Assembly: GCA_051362555.1 (NCBI GenBank)
Contig: CM120649.1
Coordinates: 5,270,001 to 5,334,000 of the forward strand
Direction of reading: 5' to 3'
From: Lingula anatina
Taxonomy: Eukaryota; Animalia; Brachiopoda
DNA length: 64,000 bases
In this document: in pieces, positions 40,278-53,368 of the stretch
How positions within the stretch are numbered: the first letter of the stretch is position 1
Layout of the letters: every line of letters begins with the position of its first letter
Made by a program: the position numbers and the translations under genes
The notes under the pieces: model-generated
Database searches by the model: none
The model's input: only the letters and a program-made list of their open reading frames with translations
What the model was told of the DNA's origin: nothing

Positions 40278-43200
40278 TTAGCAAAGTCTACAGCTTTGTT
40301 TACAGTGTTGCGACATGTACGGTCTTCTAGACGTGCAGAGACCTCTATCGGCCCAATATCCACAGAAGAATTTGCCACGCGCGTCGGTACAACTGGTTCC
40401 ACCTTCACCGCCGCCTTCACCCGTCTTAATGTTAGCTGCAATGAAAATTAACAAAGCCTTATTTAATAATTAAAAATTTGACAGTTTTTTTATGATATCG
40501 TTATGTGATCCGTGACTGCAGCGATTCAAAGAACGTCTTATGGGTGTACAAATACATCAGGAATTAGTCAAGTAAATGGGCAGTTTTAGTAAATCATTCC
40601 AAGTTAAGCACAACATATGCCTTTGCATTGCGACTGATTTTCCTATGTGTACGTTTGTGAAGGATCACCGTCTTAAAAGAATAGCCACTTTTGCACACAG
40701 TGCAATCCTGCTCGTCTTATCCATAAACAATTAGGACAAGCTGTTCTCTGGTCATACCTAAGTTAATTTAGCTTCAGTACAAACGTTTACCCATGTATCA
40801 AATTCTACCAAAAACTTACTGGAGCACTGCCGACAGCTCAGTCTACAGAAGCGCAGCATATACCGTGGGTTCCTAGTGCACTCTCCTCTTCTTGCCCAGG
40901 AGGGACACCTGCCGTTGGAATCCCGACAGTCTGGAAGAATTAAAAAATTAAAAAACTTTTTGCAATAATTACTGAATCTATATCTGCTCTAATTATTCTT
41001 GTCATATTATTTGTATGAATAAAGAGATATGCAACATCAACATTTATTCATGAACCAGATAACCATTCAGTGTAAAATATACATACTATTTCCAGTGCCA
41101 CCTCCGGTGCCCCCTCCAGTGCCTCCTCCAGTGCCCCCTCCGGTGCCTCCACCAGTACCTCCCCCAGTGCCCCCTCCAGTGCCTCCGCCAGTGCCCCCTC
41201 CAGTACCTCCGCCAGTGCCCCCTCCAGTGCCTCCCCCAGTGCCTCCCCCGGTTCCGCCGTTTCCATTGCAATTCATTTTCAATACTTGAGCTTCCTCCGG
41301 TCCTGAATATAACCCAAAGAGCACAATCACACCCTGTTAGAGTAAATGGCAATTTGGTCCAAGCGCCGGACATTACAGTTTCTTGTGTCTACGCGATCTA
41401 GCTGTACAACAATAACAACTGTTGCTGTGCACTTATTGTACATGTACACACACTGGACAAAAGAAGTGTCACCCCCTACCTCAGAGTAATAAAAGTAGGC
41501 AGATCTTGGGTACTTATAATGCCTGGTCTACTTATAATGTGACTAATGAGTATAAAACCGCTATACCATGGAATTGTATTGTTGGTCTTGTACATGTACA
41601 GCAAATGTCATTCCTGTCTTCCTCCAATATGGCAAGATACAGGCAATTATCTAACGGTTATAGGTGCAAGTTATTAACCTGAAGAGGCGGAATATAAGCA
41701 ATGTCAGAATATCGATACAATTGAATTGTTCAGTCAGAACCGTGCAGAGGGTCTGGTCTCGGTATAGAAACACTGGATCAAGAGACAAATTGCCTCTGAT
41801 GGATCGCCCAAGAAAAAATACTGGCCGTGAAGACCGACGACTGATTTTGATGTCCAGGTTATCAAAGTTCGACACTGCTTGTCAGTTGACAACACAGTGG
41901 AACAATTTCACACATAAGAATGTGTCTGTGAAAATTGCTAGGCGTCGGTTACATGCTCTGAGAGTGTACAGCAGGGTAGCAAGACTGAAACCTCTTATAT
42001 CGTTACAAAACAGGCAACGTAGAGTAAACTAGGGCCAACAGGATCTGGAACTGGACAGTTCATGACAATTGGTCCTATATATTTTTTCTGATGAGTGTCG
42101 CTTTGGTCTGACCTCTGATGACAGACGGGTACTATGCTGGCAAACTGCTGGTAAAGCATTTGAACCACATGCACTGAATTTTCGAACCCAGAGCAGCATA
42201 TTCATCATGGTGTGGGACTGCATCAGCATCCATGGCTTGGGCGAATTGATAGTGGTTAATGGAAACATGAATCACTAGAAATATATCGATGTTTTGGAGT
42301 CAGGCTTGCTACCATCTATTACTAACATGTTTGGTGACAGGAATTATCCATTTGTTCACCAGGATGACAATGCTCCTTGTCACAGGCCAGAGCAGTTGAT
42401 GGTTGGTTTGACCAACAGGACATTCGCAGGGTGATGTGGCCTGCCCAGAGTCCGGATGCAAACATAATAGAAAATGTGTGGAATGATATGTCAAAACTTT
42501 TCACAAATGCCCGTCTAACCAGCAGAGAAACTCTGTTATATTCAGTGTTTCATGCTTGGGCCAGCATAAGCCCTGAACGCATCAGACAATTATATGAAAC
42601 CTTGCTTCGTAGACTGGCACCTATTATTAGGTCACGTGGCTATGCCACTAAGTACTAATTTTGGACTTGAAACTGCATATTTTGGTAGAATGTATATTTT
42701 GTTCTCATTTTGTGATTTTTTGTGAAATTTGATGTTAATAAAATGATACCAGGAGCATATCATTCCACAGTTATTTATCTCCCCATAGTATTGGCTCAGT
42801 AGGGGTGACACTTCTTTTGTCCAGTGTGTGTACGACAAAACAATATTAGAATCTAGCTTTTTTTTTTCGGCACCACCACCACAACGATATGTCAGACAGT
42901 GTTTGGCAAGGACAATGTAGTGTTAAAAATACATTCCTCTTTGGGAAGTCTTTTAAATGAAAAGAACTGGGATTCCGTTTACGAAAACAAAAGTTAATGA
43001 GAACCGGTTATACTTCTTGTAGTAGCTAAAGAACATTTCAATACGCACTTTGTAATAAAAATCAATTTAAACAATTCAGTGAAGCAAAGTGACTTTATCA
43101 CAATAAACAGACATATGAAAAAAATAAAAATAAAAATTCAGATGTACTGTTTTTATTGTGAAACGTACTTGTTGAAAAGTTCTACGCCCCCGCTACATCC

Positions 43201-46200
43201 AGTTTAAAATACATTTTAAGAATTCTAATTAAAAAATACTGTCCAGATTGCCAATTTGTTCATTGCTTACCTCTGCTCCCGCACTTTTTAATATACGTAT
43301 TATCACATGGGAAGACTTCTTTGACCAGATTGTACAGTGTTGGGTCGTAGTTCCTCAGTTTTGCCCTGGTATCTATAGGCCCGTGGATACCATTTGGCCG
43401 CGCAGAGAAGACGTGAGTGTTCAAGTAACTCTGGGTGCCCTCCGCCTGGAACGGAACCATTCAAATGTATAATACAAGCTCTAGACAGAATGTGGAAACA
43501 TATTACATAAATGGTAGTTATTAGAGGTCTGAATCACAAATTTCCGCCCCTTGTTCACCCCTTCCCCCGACACTTTGGACCAATGTCGTTTCAGAGCAAA
43601 AGTTGTGATAACTTGAACTGTGAATAGCAAATATTTTATATGTAAAGCTCAATACTGGTACATGTCTGCATAAACAAATAAAACAAATTTTCTTCCCATC
43701 TTAAAATGTTAATTCCAAATACCAACAAGAAAAAAACCCTAAGCATTATCAGAATTATAATGCGTAAATATCATATATAAAAAATTTGCGATATAAAGTT
43801 AAAGTAAAGTTATGAAGTTAAGAGAAACAACTTACAAAATACTCCTCTTTAGTACTCAAAGAATACGTATTGGCCCAGAGTCCACGTCTCCTGGCGCTGT
43901 TAAAAGCGGCAATTAGCCTCCTCTCGAACCCTGGGATGGCGTACCTGGCTCCCAAGATGTGGGTCCCATGGATATACTCGTGGAGGTTGATGTCATCGGG
44001 GCGCCACCGGTCGCTGCTGTAACACAGGGCGTTTTCCTCCCCTACGGTGGACACAGGTGCGCTCTCCGTGCCACCTAGGCCACGTGCCCGCGTGTTCCAG
44101 AAGGAGCCGAGGAAGGAGTGTTCTGGGATGCTGTTGGTATTCTGGAAAAAACTGCTGGAACTCAAAGATTGTACCACAACCGATACCTTCTTATTTGATC
44201 TTCCTTTATTTCAGGTCCGTTGAATATTGCGTCTGTGGTCAGTATAATTATACCGTTTTTGGACGTTAGGGGCCTTATATTGGGCAAACATATATCCAAA
44301 AATGATCAGCGTTTGTTTTTCAAACATGCCAAGATCTTTATACAAGATGGTGCTGTGTGAAATAAGTGGTGTATCTTTGGCAAATATTTCGAGGAGAAAT
44401 GTTCATATTTACCTTGAGGTATTATTTTTGAGTAGCTATAAATATTAACATTGTGTGGAAATTCGCTCCTCACCTCCCTGGCGCCAATCAACGCAAAGCG
44501 TCCTGATCTCTTGTACAAGGAGTTCCTGACATCGTATCGATCAGCCAATAAAAAGCGGACAACATAGCAAGCCCGGCGCAGAGCTTCATCCGGTACATTT
44601 CTGGATGCTAAATTGCAAAAGAAAGTTTATTTAATAAATGAAAAAATTGAAGAATCGGTAAGGTTCACTTAAAGCAAATGAGTATGCAAAAGATCTAAAA
44701 CATAATGCAAAATAAAGGCAAAATAGCATCTAAAACAAATACTGCTAGATACACGCACTGCATGCTCTTCTTTACTGTTCATTTTCTACTCACAAACTAT
44801 GGGAACGCCATACGCTTCCGTGTACTTCTGATAGAAACTTGTCAGTCCTCGTGGTGCCATATATCTGGCACTGCGCAGTTCCCGGGGTACTGCGCGGACA
44901 CGGGAACAGCTGTGGCTGTTAGTTGCAGATCCAGGACGCCCTCCTTGCATTGCCATTGCCGTGTCCATTAAGGTGGCGTTATATGGATCAGCTGGAAGGT
45001 GAAAAATATCTGGTGAACGGCTGTTAAGAACAGTTGCCCTTGTTTTAAACGGTATTTATAATAACACAACGTGATCGTGCTCGTATGTAAGTATTTACAC
45101 GTTAGAGGTCCCACAATTTATTCTCACTTCTATGAAGATCAGTATGAAAATAAAAAAAAAGGTCATAAAATACGTTGATCAACTATTCATATCAACTTTA
45201 GGTTATGAGTAATTTCATTAAACGAAGCTCCTAAAAAACAAACTGTTTTACAGCAATTTTTTAAATCATATTTTGATTAAAATTATACGTATTAGGTAAA
45301 TTGGAAAGACTAGAAATTCTTCATTTGCACTTTACCGTCCAATTGCTTGCGTCAGTTAACAGATCAGTGCACATTTTAATCATTATATAATAATCGAAAG
45401 TAATTTCCACAGTCATTAAATTGGAAATTATTTATTGATGACCAGGAAACTCTTCTAATCACGTTCATTAAATTTACGGATATTGTCACCACTTCTAAAA
45501 TCAGTTTTAATATGACAAATTAACTCGAAGCATGCATGGATGACATTATAAAATTCTTTTGTAGGGAGTATAAGCACCACCAACTATACATAAAACTGAT
45601 AAAAGTGAAACAGTGAAAATGTCATTTTGTAAACTCATTCAGAACTGTTATGTTATGGCCATTTTATATTGAATAAAGTCCATGTCAAACTCAAAAGAGA
45701 AAGTTTTGCAGATTTATCAGTTATCATATTCCTTCATACTGTGCTTACTTGTTTTTTAGGTGAACATGCGGGATTGCACACATCAGTCTGCGTAAATGTG
45801 TTATTTAAATAAAGCCCGTACTCGTCAACGGAGACGAAAGTAAAGTCACGCTTTCTAAAATACAAACCATAAGGCCTGGAGATTGTTTTCTGTTCTGTAC
45901 ATTACAAAGGTCATCTTAAACATCGCTTTTGGATGGATAGGTTGATATTCTGCTATCCTATATTGTACTACTTCATTGTAGATGTTCTTATTGTTGGCGG
46001 GTATCCAGTAAAACACACGGGCGGGTGGTCACTTACCGTACATCTGAAGAAACGTTCCTTCATCGTCGACCCCATCAACCTCCTCACCTGCCATACTAAA
46101 CATCATACCTGGAATATAAACCACATAGACATTACATGCTTGTCTTTATGAACTGGTAGTCTGGTAAAAAGAAGAATCTTTTTCCATAATCTTCACATTT

Positions 46201-46564
46201 TTGTTGAAAAAGTACGTTGTGAACCTTACAGATTTCATGAACCGAAACATATTAAATGAAGATAAAATCAAAAGGCACTGAAGCTTGTAAGTGCAAAACG
46301 ATCTCCAACAGATATAAAAACACGCTTCACATTTCGTGGTGTTTTTAAGTAAAATTAATGAAATGACTGCGCGTCATAAATTAGTTTTGCCTTAACAAGA
46401 AAACTAAAAAAGAAAAGCAAGTCGAAGTCATCATTAAATTCTTGTTAATAAAAACAAACCCAATAAACGTAGAATTAAACAGACTTACGTTCAGCATCCC
46501 CAAAACAAGCCAGTAAAGTCAAGCCTACAAAAAACACCTCGCTAATCTTGCCTACAGTCCCCAT
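40278..46564 (-). CDS. Secreted zinc-metallopeptidase-like protein with (GGGT)13 linker and two ShK domains (481 aa), 9 exons
   Basis: Exons 46564-46489, 46108-46037, 44991-44794, 44607-44474, 44141-43836, 43445-43271, 41302-41087, 40930-40820, 40435-40278, all phase-consistent. Signal peptide, HEYIH plus downstream EYFAE, ShK1 CRDSNGRCPSWARRGECTRNPRYMLRFCRLSCRQC, ShK2 CTDARGKFFCGYWADRGLCTSRRPYMSQHCKQSCRLC. TATAAAA on the minus strand at ~46620. Confidence 0.9.
41447..42830 (+). mobile_element. Tc1-family (DD34E-type) DNA transposon with decayed transposase
   Basis: TA TSD and perfect TIRs CACACACTGGACAAAAGAAGTGTCACCCC. Transposase motifs FSDECRF, QDDNAPCH and WPAQSPDANIIENVW are present, with in-frame stops (~42030, 42063, 42276) and an N-terminal frameshift. 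It lies in intron 6 of the ShK-metallopeptidase gene. Confidence 0.95.
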
Positions 46565-48303
46565 CCTGTTAACTAAGCGTTTGCGAGGTACCTGTGAACA
46601 ATACCACGAGCAGAAAGCTTTTTATACTTTTTCCCGGGGTTCAGAGGTCAGATGAGTAGAAGGAAGTGCATGATCTATATTTAGTGATTCATTGATTGGA
46701 TAGGTCTCTGCACTATGACTTTGCAGAAGTAAGCAGGTTTTGTTTGCTCTCGGCACGAAAACAACCGAATCACTGTGTGCAAGGTTGGAGTAAAGATGAA
46801 GGGGGATTACTTAATTACAAATACGTATGCTTTCAATGTGCGATCTAGGAAAAAATTTAGAAAGATATGTATTATTTGTGGACCAGTTGTAGACTATGAC
46901 TGTAATCAAGGAAAATAAAATGGGATATAGGGTTACAGTTTATCTTTTAAATCGTATTTGAAGTGGTGTCTTGATATTCATTTTTTCCTTTTTTATCATT
47001 TAGTTTTATCTAATTTGTCAATTAACCGTAGTATTGAAAAACTGTATTGCTCAAAGTGCTACAGTGAGAGTTCTTAAGTTTTTTCAGACTATGATGAATA
47101 ATATATTATAAAAAAATAACATTTTAATAAGCACCACTGACACCCCTTTGGTATCCCCAGTGTTGTTCCAGAGACGTTGGCGCAACCCTGGACACGTGGT
47201 TTGAATTTGGGTGTGACGTCATTGTGACGTATCTAGTCTGTTCGCCATTATCGCCCAGCGGTTCTCAGTATAGTCATCCTGGACGCCAGCTTTAACGGCT
47301 TTAAACAAACAAATATGATGGCGTTGGAGAATGTGCAATGTTATAAAAGTGCAACTGTTCAGTTACACAATTGCACTTGGAATAATTTCCTATTTTTGTT
47401 TATGTTTAAATAACGCACAGAGAGGGTAGGAGAAGCTTTTTAACTGTATTTTAACAGCTTTCCGCCAAGTCAATATGAATGGATAGACAATCTAGATGTA
47501 TATAGTAGCAACTACATCTAAGCAGCCTATTATAATTGGAAACCGGAACAGAATCCCTCTGCCTAAGAATTGAGGATAAGTGACACGTACTGTGTCACGC
47601 AGTACAGAAAATATAATTATTAACAATGACCATGCAAAATTTGATTACACTTGTTTAGTGCTATAACCCGTGTAGGCGACATGTCCATTCATTACTCAGG
47701 ATGTCCATACAGTCACGGAGTCATACACCGGGGTGATTAATGGTATTCTTACTGTAACCGCACAGTAGATTCAGTCGAAGATTACCACTGCCATTAAGTT
47801 TACTTGTTCTAACTGCCGTAAAAGGAGATATCTCTATTAGAGTATAAGACTGAGTGACGGACAGAAGAGGAGGCATTTCGCTCTGACTGTAGACCGTGGA
47901 CCAGATAGGCTGTTTTTCTTTTGTTTCATTTATTATTATTATTATTATTATTACTATTATTATATGTTATGGCCATGTTATTGCGATAGAGAGGCCATGG
48001 ATCAAGACTGAAATTGGTCGTGCGCGTTGGGCGACACATTCTTATGAGCAGCGCAATGTACTGTTAATTTGTTTACGCTTACTCATTGATTTGTTCTCTT
48101 TACTTAATTATTGGCACGTGCACCAGCGCCGTAAGCTGCGGGGAAAGGGACACAAGTACCCCTCTGCCCCCATCCCCACCTCTCAGAGAATTTTGAAAAG
48201 GAAATCTTTCTAGCTTTTTTGAGTGTAAGCCTTTCCTTTCTCTCAGTCCATCAAATGTCTCCTACTCTTTTCTTCAATCGGCGTGTCTAAAAGAGTACTA
48301 CAG

Positions 48304-48482
48304 CCGGTGTGACAGGGATGACAATCCGCTGAAAACCGTAGTTCGTTCTCTATTACTTTGTGCAGGTGACTTTTGACCTATATACATTATACTAACCCCA
48401 ATACTCCGACTAACCCTGACCTATTCTAAAATATGAGACTCACGACTTTCATTCCTAGGACTACCGTTTTTTGTCACACCGG
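48304..48482. mobile_element. Short MITE-like repeat (related copy at ~39615-39741)
   Basis: TIRs CCGGTGTGACA and TGTCACACCGG. Internal ATTACTTTGT.CAGGTGAC..TACTAACCCC is shared with 39640-39741. Confidence 0.55.
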
Positions 48483-49549
48483 TACAAATAACTTGCTAGC
48501 ATGTATTATAAGTCTTCAACATGCGCCCCTAATATGGCGTAAGGCAGATTGCAGTATAGAATATGATTTTGATTATATACTGGTATGACCATAAATAAAC
48601 AAATGGTAAAAAATAAATTGGACTCTGAACTGACTGAGATAGCAACAGTTTATTTTGAACATTTTATTTTAATAATAATAATAATAGTAATAATAATTTG
48701 TTGTTGTTGTTGTTGTTGGTTTTACTTAGGACATTTTCCCTATTTTTCATTTTTTCAATGCGTAATAGGGTGATCACTTGTTAAGTACAGAAATTTAACC
48801 TCAGTACAGAGTTAGAACTCCTAATTCTATTGTACTGTATATGCGTATCATGGTGACTCAGAGGCTTGCCAGCTTATCACAATGTGGAATGCTTATCACC
48901 CAGTGCAAATAGTGTTTCAAAGTTATAGCTGGACGTCTAAATCCTATGTTACACTGATTTCGGCAGAGGTATATTGATAATAGTGACATATCCAACTCAG
49001 GGTAGATGTTCAGAAATAACGCTGTCATAAACGATAACTATGTTTATTTACTCAGGGGCGATGACTGTGTTTTCACACGCTTTTTGTAAAATGAAAATAG
49101 GTCGTTCCATAGAGATCGAGCCTCTATTCATATGAAACTCAGGGTATTTGTACAGAAATAGCGATGTATCCAGCAATAAAATGTCTGTTTAGTTTGGGCC
49201 GATGACTGCGTTGTCACACGCTTTTTGTAAAATGAAAGTAGGTCGTTTTATAGATTTGACATTCCGTTGATAATAAGAGAGCTTTCATCGGCCAGTCAGG
49301 TTTCATTGATAACGAACAAAATACTAGTCGAACGCAGCTAATCTGTTTGGGCTGAGAAACAGTTTGATAAACTTGGCATTGTCACATAACTTTGTCAAGG
49401 CACTGGTTCTGTCACAAATTACCGCAGTCTACCGGATAGAGTATAGAGTGTGTGTTTGTCTTTTCATTCCACGGTTTGGTCCTTTATTTAAACCAAGCTT
49501 CGGCTGATATCGCGAGCAAGGATTATACGGAAGTGGTTGACTGTTGATC

Positions 49550-52335
49550 ATGATTATAGACGCGCTTCTGAAGTTGACATTACTTCTGTCAAGCCTGTAT
49601 TTTGTTACCAGCCAACCTACCGCCGACCGTGACGTCAGTATAAACATCAGCCTCGAATATGACGTTAGTTCTCCCAACAACGTCACACTGGACATTGCAA
49701 AGTCTATCTTCTCTGGCCGAGGTCAACAGTACCAATATGTCCAGCATCCAGAACTATTCAAGGATGGGTCAGTATTTTTTGGGTCCTATTACATTATTAT
49801 GATGTGCCTGTCATGGTTTAAATTCTTGGCTTCTTTTCTGACGCTAATTTTTGCTCAGATGAGCGATATAAAAAAAAACCATCTTAAATGGTGCTATCTT
49901 TTTACTTATAAGCTTTAACTTAAGCTAATTCAGTCTAAGTTCACGAGCGAGCATGTCTTCAGATTAACTTCAAGCTTAGTATTTAAATATACATTTCTTG
50001 AATATTTATTTCTTCTTGCAGTCCTAAGAATGTCACAGATCTGTGGGTGAAATTTATCGACGCTTTTCAGTACAAAACCCCATGCACAGTGGATCCCAGC
50101 AGCTTCAGTGATTTTGTCGATGCCGCTGCCCATGTCATACCCAAAGATAAGGTCTCTCTCTCTCTCTCTTAAAAGTGCATATATTTAACATAAACAATTA
50201 GACTGCATAGTCCACATACCAGTGTTTTTTAATGGGCATCACCCGAGATAACCTACAAATTCACCGACAGCAGTGCGAGACGCCATACCAGGCTAGAGAA
50301 AATTGTGAAAATCCGTGTGAAGCTGGGATCACTTACTGTATAAACGAAACGGGTGAAAGTCTATGCCCCGGAAATGTCATCTTATATAGAAATACAAAAG
50401 TGAAACGGAAAAACTATGTGCGTAAGACTGCAACTAAAAACTAAAACAACGCAAAAAAAAAAAAAAATCACATTTTCGTGGACAAATTCTGACATCTCTT
50501 ATTCCTTGTCGCAAGGCACTGGCTCGTCTGCCATTATTTCTGATACCACTCGTCCCTAAATCCCGCAAAATCTCGCTTCATTTTACGCTAATTCGCCAGA
50601 CCTCGGGAAATCAAAAGCCCATTGTATCTGCCCTTGTGCTTAATGGAAGTGTTTTTTATACCTCATAAGTGTTTTTCAGACGCTGTTGTGGAGCAAAACA
50701 AGAGCATTAGCCAACACATACTCCCAGTCTGGAGGTAGATATTTCACCATTACAGATTCATTGTCAGGTGAGGCGTAATAATCATTGTTTGGAAAAAGGC
50801 AGTAATTGTTCTCCGTGCACCATATACAGAATGTGAGTGCTTTTTGAAAATTCCACAGCTCGAAAGTTCACATTAATTTTGAAAATCAAATGTCTTTAGA
50901 TCTGTTTGTGATCTAAGTGTGAAACCTATGTTGCCATGGCTGAAAATCTTGTCTCTTTCCTAGACGGCTTAAAAGTGGATTAATTATTGATAATCGTCCG
51001 GTCGAAGTGGTCAGTTTTTCAAAGACACCTTACATATAGTACCTTACATACATTTCAAAAATAAACTGGATTCGACCTATCCAAATCACATCCGGACAGT
51101 TCATTATATATATGAAAATGTATGGAGAATAAATTGCATGCATATATAACAGGCCCGTAACAGGGGGGTTCGGGGGGTTCGAAAGAACCACCCCTTTTGC
51201 TTTTGGGAAAAGGTCCACTCTGGGTAAAATTTGACCTAGGTACATGAAGTTTTTATGGGAAAAGGTCCACTTTTTCAGAAAAAGAACCCCCTTTTTGAAA
51301 TTGCTGGCTACGGGCCTGTATAATGTTTATTAAAGATCTCATTTTTGTAAGTAAAAGCATGTAGCACACACTATGAACATTGTGCAAAGGTTTTACTAGT
51401 ATGTCAGGGAAGTTTCAATCAACAGCTGATACTGAAATTGCTTACCTCCAACATTTATGTATTTTCGCCACTGGTACCGGTAGGTCTGTACCTCAAGCTT
51501 GTTGGAATTGTATGACATATAACTTTTTATAAGGAAGATATCAAGATTTGCACTGCCTTTTCTTTTTCTGTGCAGGCTATCTGGTGAACGACTTGGATTT
51601 TTGTGCACAAAACAAGACCCCGGGGTGAACTTCAGATCTTGTCCCCCGCCGTCTCATAAGTGCCAGAAGGGGGCCGAATTATCATTTTGGCGCGAGGCGT
51701 CGAGAAAGGTAAACTGCTGTTTTCATTAACATCTTTGTTTTGGCATCAAATCGGTGAGCGGTCAACTTACCAACTGTATTGTTGTTTTTTTTTATTGAGA
51801 AAATTTAGATAATGATACAGAGAGCAAAGACAGAAAAGTAGAAAATGTAGAACAAAAAATGAGAAGTACAATGTTGTATGTGGCCATCGGATTTAACGTG
51901 TAAAGCATTCGTGCCACAAGTTCTCCGTTTCGGTATGGTGCAGCATGCTGCTGAGAGAGCTTATGGGACCCATATGGTTAGTGCAGGTTAGGGCTAGTCG
52001 GAATATTGGGGCAAGTATATGGGACGAATGTCACCTGTACAAAGTAAAGGAGAACGGCTTACGATTCCTAGCCGACTACTATTCCTATCAGACCGGGCCA
52101 CCATATACTTCTTATAAGACGTGTTCATATTTCACTTAAAATTTATTTTAATAAATCGTGATCTTCCAGTTTGCCGAGTTGGCCTCTGGCACTGTCCACG
52201 TGTTATTAAATGGTTCGACGATAGCGTACAGCAATGAAAGGTGTGTTCTCTCTGTATCTCTCTCCCTTCTCGTCACACTCAACACGTTCTTAAAGCTTGC
52301 ATACACACACAAGTCTCTCGCTCTCTCTCTCTCTA

Positions 52336-52367
<32 letters not shown>

Positions 52368-52450
52368 ACGTTCACTATAGTAGGAAACACATATTCAGTG
52401 CAAACAGCCAGCACACACAATACAACCATTCATTCCGACTTCTGATCCGT

Positions 52451-52484
<34 letters not shown>

Positions 52485-53368
52485 TCAGTATTTTCTATGG
52501 CTACGAGTTGCCTAGCCTTAGACAAGGGACAGTGACCGAGATTCGCGCTCTGGTAGTTCATGATCTTGGAGTCCGTGGGCGGTAAGAGTTATTTTATAGG
52601 ATGACAGTATTTAAGCATCGTCACGTCAGTGCGGGCGCTGAAGCTTTCGACGTTAATTTCAATTTAACACCGTCGATAGTTTTTTTTTTAAGTATAACAA
52701 GGCTTCCATCATGAGATCACAGAATTTAGCATGCACCCACGAAGAAAGGAAATTTAAACATATAAGCATGGTGTTAATCATTAAATGAATTATATTTTTC
52801 AGTGAAAAATGCGGCTATGGAACTTTGTTGAAATTACAAGCGGATGTACGAAAACGCGGGTTCAAGTTTCAGTGTACAGACGATCCGGCGTAAGTTGACA
52901 TATTGCCTCGAGTTTTTTTATTTTGATTTGCTTTATCAGTCTTTGAAATCAACATTTTAATTACTGTTCTAAAATCATTGTGAAAGTTGTTTTCAAGTGC
53001 GTCTTTCTAAATGTACACGGGCACACTCAATTTTTTTCGTAAGCATGGGATGAAGAAAGCGAATTTGGATATATCCGTCTGTATACACTTTGAGAAAAAA
53101 AACAAGTATATTCTAGGTGTACATCTTAAGATCACATGTATTATTTACAGGTACCTGTGGAAAACAAGCATTTATGTTTTATATAAACGTTTCCATCTTC
53201 AGGGATTTGAGACATCTACTCTGTGCAGATGAACCAGCAACATCTAGCTGCCGTTTCCTTGACAACTACCACACCTCTAGCGGCAACCAAATCCAAAATA
53301 TCTTTAAAACTTCAGCTGTAGGAGTTGTTTTTATTTACACGTTTTTCTACTGGCGTTTTGTTAGATGA
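49550..53368 (+). CDS. ADP-ribosyl cyclase / cADPR hydrolase family (CD38/BST1-like), 8 exons, with a 1-nt frameshift as given
   Basis: Exons 49550-49767, 50022-50151, 50680-50767, 51576-51708, 52170-52240, 52489-52581, 52803-52889, 53203-53368. Motifs PKDKTLLWSKT, FWREASRKFA, GTVHVLLNGS, SIFYGYELPSL, EKCGYG, CTDDP. N-terminal signal and hydrophobic C-terminal tail. Exon 4 is 133 nt where 134 are needed. Confidence 0.88.
51150..51318. mobile_element. Short MITE in a cyclase intron
   Basis: TIRs CAGGCCCGTA and TACGGGCCTG, with TATAA on both flanks. Confidence 0.6.

Noticed and set aside
40600-40757. Possible extra exon between the two ShK exons
   Set aside because: The phase-1 frame hits a stop after about 13 codons and there is no ShK pattern. 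Direct splicing from 40820 to 40435 is in frame.
41029-41289. (PPPV)n proline-rich ORF on the plus strand
   Set aside because: Antisense shadow of the (GGGT)n linker exon, which has proper splice sites and phase on the minus strand.
49040-49250. Two-copy ~140-bp direct repeat upstream of the cyclase
   Set aside because: A simple local duplication with no evidence of function.
51626-51628. In-frame TGA in the cyclase as selenocysteine or readthrough
   Set aside because: Homology continues in a different frame, so this is a frameshift and not recoding.
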